DNA of 64,000 nt from positions 1 through 64,000 of the IMG/VR virus record IMGVR_UViG_3300027896_000011; one strand, 5' to 3'. This DNA is from a virus. The position numbers were made by a program, and so were the translations under genes. This document shows, one piece after another, positions 1 to 8,958 of this stretch (the first letter of the stretch is position 1; each line of letters begins with the position of its first letter). The notes below the pieces were generated by a model, which had not been told where the DNA came from, ran no database searches, and worked only from the letters and a program-made list of their open reading frames with translations.

Positions 1-2
1 TA

Positions 3-176
3 GTTGGTGTAAGTGATGGTTTTAAATATGGCTATGCTCTTGGTGGGAATACAGGTGATGATGTCACCACAGCAGATAGAATAGTTTTTTCTACAGGAGT
101 AACTTCTGCTAATACTGTATCGAAACTTAGTCAAGCTCGTTATATTTTAGCTGGTGTAAGTGACCATACTGTGTAA
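3..176 (+). CDS. C-terminal end of a kelch-like/beta-propeller repeat protein (probable tail or receptor-binding protein), 5' truncated
   Basis: Manual frame-3 translation VGVSDGFKYGYALGGNTGDDVTTADRIVFSTGVTSANTVSKLSQARYILAGVSDHTV*. It has the GYxxGG...DRI.F...LSxAR..LAGVS repeat unit. Not in the ORF track. Confidence 0.65.
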   Translation, partial: VGVSDGFKYGYALGGNTGDDVTTADRIVFSTGVTSANTVSKLSQARYILAGVSDHTV

Positions 177-186
177 AATAAAATTA

Positions 187-1326
187 ATGATAATAGATGA
201 CAAAACAAGACAGGCATTATTGCAGGCGTTTGATGATATTCAACAGCCTCGTACTCCATTTGCTTTAGAGAAGTTAGTGGTTGGAGCTAGGTTTACTATT
301 GAACAGCAGTATGCCCAATGCGTACTAGAAATGTCAATGGCGTATGATAACCTCAGACTTGCTAAACTCAATTGTCAAAAAAAAGAACTAGAAATACAAG
401 AGCTGCCTAACACATTAGTAGGTAAGATAGACCGAGAGATGAAAGAGATTGAACTAGAACAAACTCGACGGGCTATGCTGGGAGCATCACGAGAGTTCGC
501 ATTTCTTTTTAACATGTGGCAAAGCTTTCCTAAACGCTATACCCGTGAAGAGCTGAATGATGCCTCTCCTAGAGAGTTTCAACTTCGATTACAGACACAG
601 GCCCAGCAGGATTTAGCTGCCACTGGTCGAATCGGAGTCTCTAATCTAGAAGGTCTGCGCCAGATAGGCATGACTGAGTCATTAGTGTTGTCTTCAGCAG
701 ATCATGTACAAGTATTAGATAAAATTGAGCAGAAGTATTTGGCGGAAGGTAAATGTAAAATTCTAATAGGAATTCCAACTGAAAAGAAAATTGAGGGAGC
801 TGCCAGATGCCTAGAAGGCATAAGCTTCCCAGTTGGAGCTGAAATAAAATTATTCAATAACTATGGTAATCCTGTAGCTGATGCGTATAATTTCATAGTA
901 AGAGAAGCTCTTAATGATGATGCTGACTTGTTGATCACTGTCGAGGATGATACCTTTCCACAGGCTGATGCTCTTATTAGATTAGTAGAATTTGTAAGAA
1001 GCAATCCTCGAACTGCTGTTGGAGCTTGGTATCCAAGACGGGAAGAGTATAGACAAGGTGTGCATATTATTGTAGGCAAAAATGAACGAGGACCTTTGCC
1101 GGATGACGGAAAGGTCCATGAGGTCTATACTTTAGCTATGGGCTGCTCAGTTTATCCTGTTCAAATGTTCCGGGAAATACAAGGACCATGGTTTAAAACC
1201 TCTCCACAGTTATCTCAAGATAGTTATTTTAGTCAGTTAGCTAGAGAAGCTGGTTGGAAATTGTTTGTAGATACGAATATTAAGTGTAAGCATATTGATC
1301 GGAATACTGGTAAAGTTTACGAATGA
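187..1326 (+). CDS. Coiled-coil (chaperone-like) domain fused to a GT2/GT-A glycosyltransferase
   Basis: C-half has ILIGIPT, AYNFIVREAL, VEDDT (DxD-like), AMGCSVY, SQDSYFS and VDTNIKCKH, typical of GT2. N-half is helical. The ATG at 187 follows the upstream stop at 176. Confidence 0.7.
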   Translation: MIIDDKTRQALLQAFDDIQQPRTPFALEKLVVGARFTIEQQYAQCVLEMSMAYDNLRLAKLNCQKKELEIQELPNTLVGKIDREMKEIELEQTRRAMLGASREFAFLFNMWQSFPKRYTREELNDASPREFQLRLQTQAQQDLAATGRIGVSNLEGLRQIGMTESLVLSSADHVQVLDKIEQKYLAEGKCKILIGIPTEKKIEGAARCLEGISFPVGAEIKLFNNYGNPVADAYNFIVREALNDDADLLITVEDDTFPQADALIRLVEFVRSNPRTAVGAWYPRREEYRQGVHIIVGKNERGPLPDDGKVHEVYTLAMGCSVYPVQMFREIQGPWFKTSPQLSQDSYFSQLAREAGWKLFVDTNIKCKHIDRNTGKVYE

Positions 1327-1344
1327 ATATAGTGAGGTGAGCCT

Positions 1345-2052
1345 GTGCCAGGTAAAGATTCATATGGAACAGCTGGAAAATGGGTTCATAACAGGGCGCA
1401 TAGGCTTATGGCAGAAAGTGAAGTGCCTAAGCATATAGCGTATGCCATTGCCACCCAACAAGGACATAAGATCGGTAAGACACCTAAAGGGCATAGAACT
1501 AGAGAGGGTGTAATGGAAGCTAAACAAAAATACACAGCTCCCAAGTCGGAGTATCAAAAGACAGCAATGATTGCTGGGTTTTTGGATGAGATGGATAAGA
1601 TTGCTTTTGATGCCGCTACAGCTATGGAGGCCTTTGGTGTTCCTGGAGCTTTATGGGAGGGGCATCATAAGGGTGGATTAAAGGGGATGGCTACTACGGG
1701 GCTTGGTGCTGTAGGTGGTTTAGGTGCGGGTATGCTGGCATCACATTATGTTAAGAAGTTAACTGGTGGGCAGTGGGGGACTAACCATCCAATATTAAAG
1801 ACTATAGCTGATGCAGCACCTATTGGAATGGGTGGAGTTCTTGGTGGAGCTCTTGGTGGGCATTATACAAAAAAAATAGGACACGTAACTAAAGAGGCAT
1901 CTCTTGCTACAGAGTTACTTCTTAAGTCTGTTAAAAATGCACCTATAGCCATTCATGAAAAGAAGAATATAGAGCGGCTTCCTGAACGGATAGAGAGGGT
2001 AGAGTACGCACTTAGGAATAACGTCCCTATGGGTCTTGTTCCTATGCCATAG
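1345..2052 (+). CDS. Glycine-zipper, K-x-A motif protein (probable internal virion protein)
   Basis: GLGAVGGLGAG and GGVLGGALGG zippers; KTA, KIA and KEA motifs. Confidence 0.5.
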   Translation: MPGKDSYGTAGKWVHNRAHRLMAESEVPKHIAYAIATQQGHKIGKTPKGHRTREGVMEAKQKYTAPKSEYQKTAMIAGFLDEMDKIAFDAATAMEAFGVPGALWEGHHKGGLKGMATTGLGAVGGLGAGMLASHYVKKLTGGQWGTNHPILKTIADAAPIGMGGVLGGALGGHYTKKIGHVTKEASLATELLLKSVKNAPIAIHEKKNIERLPERIERVEYALRNNVPMGLVPMP

Positions 2053-2054
2053 GT

Positions 2055-3977
2055 ATGTCTGTGTTGCCAGCAGACCATATAATGAGGAAACTGGCTGTTC
2101 AGGTTTTGACAGCCAAAAATGAGTTTGCTCCTGGTATACCGATAGCTAGAGAAACAAAGGTTATCCCTTATGTCTCTCCAGATAGCCCAGAAACTTGGCA
2201 TATTTCCACGCAAATTCATGAGGCTGAGAAGGCTGGTAGGCATCTTGATCTACGTCTCGTGTCTCCTGATAATGATGCTCATTCTTGGGCTATTCCTGCT
2301 GGTGAATTACCTAAACCTGGTCATAAAGTTCTTGCTATTAAGCAGCCTACGCATACTAAGGAGTACGCGGCCAGAAAAGGTACCTTTCAGATCGAAGAAG
2401 GATACGGAAAAGGAACTGTAACCTCTTCTGGTTTAGTTCCTGTAGAAGTAGTGAGGTCTAAACCTGGGCATATTCGTTTTAATCTATATGGCGGAAGAGG
2501 TATACAAGAGTTCAATTTAATTGATACTCCGAAGGGTACTCTTCTTCATAACATTACGTCTACTGCAGAGTCAGGTGTTCGTGGAGATAAAGGGCAGCCA
2601 ATACCGAATGCCAAACCGGATTATAAAGAGTTAAATACTGGTTCGGTGCGATTTGATAATCCTGAGGAAGTACATCAAGCAAAGGTAGATGGCGCTCATT
2701 GTACGGTTCACTTACGTCCTGATGCACCAGTCAAGGTGTTTTCTTTCAGGCCTACAGAGCGAGAGTCAGGGGTTATAGAGCATACCCATAAGCTTCCTAA
2801 TTACCGCAGTTTGATAGCTCCAAAGGAGTTGGCAGGCACTGTACTGCGTGGGGAACTTTATGGGGTAGACACAGCCACGAATCGTTCTCTCCCTGCAGAG
2901 ACGACGGGAGGGCTTTTGAATGCTTCTGTATGGAATAGTAGGGAGAAGCAAAAAGAGCTAGGGGCTGTTTTGAGACCTACTATTTTTGATGTGGTACGTT
3001 ATAAGGGTAAGGTAGTAGAAAATGCTCCGTATTCAGAGAAGTTGAGGATATTGGAAGAGGTACAGTCCAAGGTGCCTCGTTTACAGCTTCCACCTACAGC
3101 TCGAGATACAGCGGAGAAGGTGAAGTTATTTGGGCAGATACAAAGTGGGCAGCATCCAGTTACTTCAGAGGGTGTGATTATATGGAATCTTAATGATTCC
3201 CGCCCTACGAAAGCTAAATTTAGACCTGATGTAGATGTTGAGGTTGTGGGTGTGACTAAGGGGGAAGGGAAGCATGAAGGGCGTATTGGGGCTTTGCAGG
3301 TGCGGTTGCCTGGTAAGGATGCTATTACTCATGTGGGTACTGGGTTTTCTGATACACTGCGGGAGGATATTGCAAAAGACCCGCAGAAGTATATTGGTAG
3401 AGTAGCTAAGGTTCATACTATGCAAGTATTCCCAAGTGGCAAGCTTCGAGCTCCTTCTTTTGGAGGTTGGCATCTCGAGAAGGGAAAGGAAGCTAGTATA
3501 GTTAAAGAAGGGTCGGATAAGTTAAACATAGCAGCTTATGTGATTGGTCCATCTGGGGCAGGGAAGACAACTTATGTAAAGCAGCATTATCCAGCGGATA
3601 AGTATTTCATTCTTCATAGTGATAGGTACGCTAGGAAGCGTTCTAACGATACTGTTTCTATAGATTGGGAGAAAGCTTTATTGGATGGACAGATGTCTGG
3701 AAAGCCTATTGTGATAGATTCTTACCACACTAATTCAGATCTTATGAAGTTGGCTAAAGAGAAGATTCTTTTAGATCCGGGTAAGGTAATAACTCTTAGT
3801 CAGCTTATAAGCCGTAGAAAAAAATCTCTTAATGGTGTATACAAATACTCACCAGAAGAGAAGCTCGAACGATTTAATAAGAAAGCACGACCTACTGCAG
3901 AAACTCTTGGATTTAAAGAGAAGACTGCCACTATTCGTACTTTAGCGGAAAGAGTATTAAGGGGTCATCATGTCTAA
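2055..3977 (+). CDS. Fusion of LigD-type 3'-phosphoesterase, ATP-dependent DNA ligase and P-loop kinase
   Basis: PE motifs QIHEA..HLDLRL, SWAIP, LAIKQPTH, YGKGTV. Ligase motifs KVDG, GELY, FDV, EGVII, KAK and OB-fold VGTGFSD/LRAPSF. C-terminal Walker A GPSGAGKTT and IVID. Confidence 0.85.
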   Translation: MSVLPADHIMRKLAVQVLTAKNEFAPGIPIARETKVIPYVSPDSPETWHISTQIHEAEKAGRHLDLRLVSPDNDAHSWAIPAGELPKPGHKVLAIKQPTHTKEYAARKGTFQIEEGYGKGTVTSSGLVPVEVVRSKPGHIRFNLYGGRGIQEFNLIDTPKGTLLHNITSTAESGVRGDKGQPIPNAKPDYKELNTGSVRFDNPEEVHQAKVDGAHCTVHLRPDAPVKVFSFRPTERESGVIEHTHKLPNYRSLIAPKELAGTVLRGELYGVDTATNRSLPAETTGGLLNASVWNSREKQKELGAVLRPTIFDVVRYKGKVVENAPYSEKLRILEEVQSKVPRLQLPPTARDTAEKVKLFGQIQSGQHPVTSEGVIIWNLNDSRPTKAKFRPDVDVEVVGVTKGEGKHEGRIGALQVRLPGKDAITHVGTGFSDTLREDIAKDPQKYIGRVAKVHTMQVFPSGKLRAPSFGGWHLEKGKEASIVKEGSDKLNIAAYVIGPSGAGKTTYVKQHYPADKYFILHSDRYARKRSNDTVSIDWEKALLDGQMSGKPIVIDSYHTNSDLMKLAKEKILLDPGKVITLSQLISRRKKSLNGVYKYSPEEKLERFNKKARPTAETLGFKEKTATIRTLAERVLRGHHV

Positions 3978-4926
3978 TCCAGAGACAGTATCCATTATCA
4001 CCACAGATCAAGATGACGCTCCTGTATCTGGCGTGCTAGTTCGTGTTTTTGATTCTACTGGTACCTCATTTATCACTCAGCAATATTCAGCCATGGTAGG
4101 CGGTAATGCTGTTGCAGAGTTTACGTTGAATGGAAGTACTACACCTATTGTTTATACGATCAGAATGTCTAAAACTGGTGTAGCTTTCGACGGCTCACTA
4201 GGAGACTCAAGTAAATCTCCTCAATCTATTTCCGTTTATAGTCCACCTGGAACAGGCACACAGAATGTATTTAAAGTTGTGTGTGAGACTTTTGTTCGTC
4301 CTACTGCTCCAGACCCATTCATTTGTCGCTGCAGTGGTTTCTTTAAGGACATTACTGGTAATCCATTAGTATCTTTACCTATCCGGTTTATTAATGAGTT
4401 TGGACCTACGGTAGTGAGCGGATCTGCGGTACTTGGTGAAGGCATTGATATGGAAACAGATAAATACGGATATATGTCGATAGACTTATATCGTAAAGGT
4501 CTGTATATGGCTTGGGTAACTAGTGTGCAAGCTACGGATAATGATAGTGAGCATGCTATAGGTTTTCCTAGGTATATGATGGTGCCAGATCAATCCAGTG
4601 CAGATTTGCCTACATTGCTATTCCCAGTAGTAAATAGTGTAACAATTACACCTGATCCGATCAATTTGTCTGTAAATCAAAACGTAATCCCTACTGTAGT
4701 AGTGACTTCGGATGATGGACGTACTTTGATAGGTACTGCTTGTGATGACGTGTATTACGATATTGTGGATAAAACAATAGCTAGTTTAAGCGTTCAATTA
4801 GATAAACTCACTATACTCGGTGTTCAAACTGGAACTACTCAGTTGACGGCAATAAGAAAAGACCAGAGTATAGTGAAAATGCCAATAGTGCCGATATTAG
4901 ATCCAGTTACTATTACAGTTACTTGA
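3970..4926 (+). CDS. Virion structural protein with C-terminal Ig-like (Big_2-like) domain
   Basis: SVTITPDPINLSV...IASLS...TILGVQTGTTQLTA; beta-rich; lies in the tail cluster. Confidence 0.55.
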   Translation: MSNPETVSIITTDQDDAPVSGVLVRVFDSTGTSFITQQYSAMVGGNAVAEFTLNGSTTPIVYTIRMSKTGVAFDGSLGDSSKSPQSISVYSPPGTGTQNVFKVVCETFVRPTAPDPFICRCSGFFKDITGNPLVSLPIRFINEFGPTVVSGSAVLGEGIDMETDKYGYMSIDLYRKGLYMAWVTSVQATDNDSEHAIGFPRYMMVPDQSSADLPTLLFPVVNSVTITPDPINLSVNQNVIPTVVVTSDDGRTLIGTACDDVYYDIVDKTIASLSVQLDKLTILGVQTGTTQLTAIRKDQSIVKMPIVPILDPVTITVT

Positions 4927-4927
4927 G

Positions 4928-5248
4928 GTGATAATGCTGATTTATGTACAACCTGTTTGTCCTGGCGGCCATGCTGAGATGCTACTTTGGGCGGCAGTAA
5001 TACGACGAGCTGCGCTAGATATAGCTTTGTATAAAGGTACAAAACGACGAAATTTTAAAAAGATTTGGGATGATGCTTATCGTTGGATATTTTCTGAGGA
5101 TACAGGGTACGAGAACTCATTCGTTAATGTCTGTTTTTGGTTAAATCAAAGACCAAATGAGCTGAGAAAGAATATTCTGGAATTAAGAAAAGAGGACGTA
5201 CGAAAGTACGATATGATTGAACGTTATGGACGCGTCCACTCTAGCTGA
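4928..5248 (+). CDS. Hypothetical protein
   Basis: 106-aa ORF tightly coupled to both neighbours. Confidence 0.55.
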   Translation: MIMLIYVQPVCPGGHAEMLLWAAVIRRAALDIALYKGTKRRNFKKIWDDAYRWIFSEDTGYENSFVNVCFWLNQRPNELRKNILELRKEDVRKYDMIERYGRVHSS

Positions 5249-7916
5249 AGAAGTAGAAGCTGCTGTACAAAAGTTTGTACAAAATGCTGTTGTAGTAAAC
5301 AAGGATACCCTTGGGCCTATCGACGTATCATCTCGTTTCGATGAGGTGATGCAATTATTCGCATCTACTCTTATTTTCGATCCAAACGCGTTATTTTATT
5401 TGATCTACTTGGCGTCTAATAAGTTGTGTGCAGATACTATATCGGCTTTAGCATTATTGACAGATGTGCAGACGGCTATAGATGAGATCAACCGGAAGAC
5501 AACTAAAATATCACAAACAACTTTATTAGGTGATGCTGCAGCTGCGCTTACGGTTATGAGTTCTATATTGGCTCAGAATTCAGCAGTAAGCACTCCGCCG
5601 TATGAGCGGTATGTTGCCGCTATAGATAAGTTTAGGGATGTGTCTTTAAAAGACAATATTCGTGACAAGAGTGGTGAGGTTCCTGTTATTGTAAGGTCCG
5701 CACCAGAGGCCAAGTTATCAGCCGTATCATCTTTATCCGGGTTAAGGTCGGCATATCCAGAGCTGTTAGCTAGGGCTGATGTATTACTGACAATGGTTGA
5801 TCAGTATACTGCTTTAAATTTACCGGCTATTTCTTTATTGCAGTCATTGCAAAAAGCCCGGCAAGATTTGATTACGCTGCAACAGGCTCTAGAAAGCCCA
5901 ACAGCAACAGAAGATCAAAAAATTGCCATGTCTAGAGACGCCTATTTGCGTATAACTGCAGGTAAGGCAGTAGTAACTAATTTACGCGGAGTGAAGAAAC
6001 CTACAGATTTGAGAATGGTATCAACTGCTCCTAACGTCGTTCCAGCAATGACTGGTTCTGTAGTGATACCTAGTGCGCCTGGTGCATTTGTTCCTGCTAC
6101 TGTACAGACGGCAGTAACAACGACAGGTTGGTCTATCACTGCGGGGATAAACGATACAATAATTATTGCGGAAGATGGAAATACAGCAACAACGTATACT
6201 ATTCCTGTAGCTGGTTTTCCTTCAATAACTAGCTTTGGTAACTCAAGTACATACCCAATTTATGGTAATGCCCCTGCGGTTATTACTACTGCAGTAGGAC
6301 CTTTTAATATACCGTCAATTAACGCTACGTTTTATGTAACTGTAGATGGTATGCTCTTTGCTGGGTCTATTACTCAAGGATCATCAGTAACTGCTGATAG
6401 TGTGGCACTTAGTTTGAGCTTACTTCAGTCAGTAAATACAGTTGGTTTTGCTTATGTATTACAGAGTTACGTTTCTATCTCTAGTGTTGGTGGAAAAGTA
6501 ACGATTAGTTCTATTGGTTCAGGTCTGCATAGTATTCAGGTGTCTGATAATGATCAGGATGGCGTCAGTAAACATAGATACTTAACTAGTTTAGGAATTA
6601 CAGTTACTAATGCCACTAGTACTGTTGCAAACAATGAATTGTGTATTGACAATCTTAACCCATTAGTGTCTTTAGGTACGATTTCGAGGAGCACCCCTAA
6701 TGTACCTATAGTGGTTGAGAAGATAAACACATGGGCGTCTACGAATAATTTACCGTATTTTGCCTCATCTGTGTATTTGACTCATGATCCTGATGAGTCT
6801 CCAATGAGGTTTAAGATCACTAAAAATGTAGCTGGTACTCAATCTATAACTATGACGTTACCCGCAGATTCTAATAGGGGTACAGTAGCAGCTGCGTATG
6901 CGTTACTTGGATTTTATGAGGGGCAGACTGATAGTTCTACATCTATATCAGCTGCGGAACTTGCTACAGTTATAAATGATCAGAATAAAGTCACAGCTAC
7001 TGTAGTTAAGGGAGTAGGAGGAGAATACGTTAAGATAGCATCTAAATCTACGGGGTTAAATACAGAGCTGGTTATAGGAGCGGGTACTGCCAATAGTACA
7101 TTGGGTTTAGTTGCTGGGGTGTATAAAGGAACTACTACAGGGTTTACTGCTTATTTATCTGGGAAGGCACAAGATCCTATAGACTATGATGTAATAATGG
7201 GAGATGTGTTTTATTTTCCGGAGAATAGTGAAAAGTCACACGGAACTATTACTTCGATCACCGGTAATGTGATAAATATAGACCCTCCCTTTTCTACTAG
7301 TGATGACGTTACTTCTTTTAAAATAGAGAGTGGCGATTATATTAAATATTTAGCTTTTGTAGGCACAATGAATGCAGCAGAAGAGAAAAGATCAACAACA
7401 AAATACGAAAGTAATACACTTGAACTAGATCGATTGATGAATCCACTGCTTCAGGCAAAAATGCCTATTGAGTCACAGGTAACTGATGCAGAGAATGGTG
7501 CAAAAGTATTACAGGGGGTGCTTGAGCAGTTAAGAGATGCACTAAAGGGATATGTCATTAATCGAGTGCCGCGTATAGACGCATGTGTTAATATGTTACG
7601 TGAGCGTGGATTAGATAGAGCGTACGATACGTTAATGCGTGGGGACTTAATTAATTTCTTCTCGTATGATAAAGATGAAGCAGCTACAGCGGCATATATG
7701 CTTAAGACTATGCGTGTATTAGCGCAGCAAGATTTGCCAATATCGAAGATAAGTGAGACGTTAGACGACACAGTATTACAGTCATCTGCCATAACCAGTG
7801 ATGCTAATTTTGATTTTAGTGATAGGGATAATGAGAATTTGAAGCTATTAGGATCTGTACCGGACCTTGATACAGATACTACCGTACCCGCTAACTACTT
7901 TAAGAGTACATACTGA
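5217..7916 (+). CDS. Large baseplate/tail structural protein
   Basis: 899 aa with helical ends and a Thr/Ser-rich beta middle; directly upstream of the gp25-like and baseplate J-like genes. Confidence 0.6.
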   Translation: MNVMDASTLAEEVEAAVQKFVQNAVVVNKDTLGPIDVSSRFDEVMQLFASTLIFDPNALFYLIYLASNKLCADTISALALLTDVQTAIDEINRKTTKISQTTLLGDAAAALTVMSSILAQNSAVSTPPYERYVAAIDKFRDVSLKDNIRDKSGEVPVIVRSAPEAKLSAVSSLSGLRSAYPELLARADVLLTMVDQYTALNLPAISLLQSLQKARQDLITLQQALESPTATEDQKIAMSRDAYLRITAGKAVVTNLRGVKKPTDLRMVSTAPNVVPAMTGSVVIPSAPGAFVPATVQTAVTTTGWSITAGINDTIIIAEDGNTATTYTIPVAGFPSITSFGNSSTYPIYGNAPAVITTAVGPFNIPSINATFYVTVDGMLFAGSITQGSSVTADSVALSLSLLQSVNTVGFAYVLQSYVSISSVGGKVTISSIGSGLHSIQVSDNDQDGVSKHRYLTSLGITVTNATSTVANNELCIDNLNPLVSLGTISRSTPNVPIVVEKINTWASTNNLPYFASSVYLTHDPDESPMRFKITKNVAGTQSITMTLPADSNRGTVAAAYALLGFYEGQTDSSTSISAAELATVINDQNKVTATVVKGVGGEYVKIASKSTGLNTELVIGAGTANSTLGLVAGVYKGTTTGFTAYLSGKAQDPIDYDVIMGDVFYFPENSEKSHGTITSITGNVINIDPPFSTSDDVTSFKIESGDYIKYLAFVGTMNAAEEKRSTTKYESNTLELDRLMNPLLQAKMPIESQVTDAENGAKVLQGVLEQLRDALKGYVINRVPRIDACVNMLRERGLDRAYDTLMRGDLINFFSYDKDEAATAAYMLKTMRVLAQQDLPISKISETLDDTVLQSSAITSDANFDFSDRDNENLKLLGSVPDLDTDTTVPANYFKSTY

Positions 7917-8308
7917 TGTCTAAACAAGCAAGCGTTTCATACACTTCTAGTGGAGAAGTATCCGTAAATTACGGAGAAGGAACAACTGGGGATACGGCTC
8001 TTAATCTAGAAATGCGTCGGATGATCAGTGACGCGTATGTGTTTGTCAGGGGTAATGATTGGAATAAATATGCAGCTAATCTAAGTTATGAGGAGTTGTT
8101 GGCATTAGCTATTGATCGTATTGATGGTAGCCAACAAATGGGCAATACTCGTGCTACTAGACTGGATAGAATAACTCGTATAAAGAATGATATAGCAACT
8201 GCGGTAACTACGGTAAAGAAGAAGCCACCAAGTGCATGGGGCTTTGCGGCTTATGATCAAGAACAAGAAGTAAGTAATGTGAATACAGCAGAAAATGAGA
8301 CACCTTAG
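7916..8308 (+). CDS. Hypothetical protein (baseplate cluster)
   Basis: Start overlaps the upstream stop (TGATG). Confidence 0.6.
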   Translation: MSKQASVSYTSSGEVSVNYGEGTTGDTALNLEMRRMISDAYVFVRGNDWNKYAANLSYEELLALAIDRIDGSQQMGNTRATRLDRITRIKNDIATAVTTVKKKPPSAWGFAAYDQEQEVSNVNTAENETP

Positions 8309-8310
8309 TT

Positions 8311-8958
8311 ATGGATTTACAATTTATACAGTTCAGTGATTCTTTGCCTCTTACCGGGGTTCAAGAAGTACCAAATATGGTACCTAGGTCTCTTTTGGTA
8401 CATGGTACAGATTTGACTAGTGCTATAGAGGTCCGGGTAAATGGAGATACCTCACCATCTTTTGTAGTAGCCAACTCTGGGACTATTGTTGCTCAAGTAC
8501 CTTCTAGTTCGGCGGGTAGACTGGTAACAGACGTAGTGGTAGTGAGCTCTGATTTTACTGCGTCTCTTAGAAGCATCATAGATTTTAAGATTGGCAATTA
8601 CCCCAAAAAAGTATCAGGTGTAAAAGCTCTGATGCAGACGTGGCTCAAAATACTGCTTACGACTCCAGGATATGATTCTTTTACACAGAATTTAGGTGGT
8701 GCAGCGCAACAATACATAGGTGGACAGTATTCTGGTGGTGGTGATGCTGTTAGTGCTTCTTTTTCTATGGCAGTACAACAAGCTACTAAGCAGGTATTAG
8801 CTCTTCAATCTACTAGAGTTGGAATTCCAGATGATGAACGGCTGATAGGTACTGAGCTTATGGGTTTTACTTTCGATCCTGAGTACTCTGGCCTATTGGC
8901 AAGAGTAGCTATATACACTCAAGCTGGCAATAGAGCAATAGCCAATATGGAGCTATAG
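8311..8958 (+). CDS. Baseplate wedge gp25/gpW-like protein with N-terminal IPT/TIG-like domain
   Basis: LMQTWLKILLTTPGYD..NLGG resembles the gp25 LxTxxGE..P.FG motif; sits immediately before the baseplate J-like gene. Confidence 0.65.
   Translation: MDLQFIQFSDSLPLTGVQEVPNMVPRSLLVHGTDLTSAIEVRVNGDTSPSFVVANSGTIVAQVPSSSAGRLVTDVVVVSSDFTASLRSIIDFKIGNYPKKVSGVKALMQTWLKILLTTPGYDSFTQNLGGAAQQYIGGQYSGGGDAVSASFSMAVQQATKQVLALQSTRVGIPDDERLIGTELMGFTFDPEYSGLLARVAIYTQAGNRAIANMEL

Noticed and set aside
3-176. Kelch-like repeat as a diversity-generating retroelement target
   Set aside because: No reverse transcriptase or template repeat is visible in this window.
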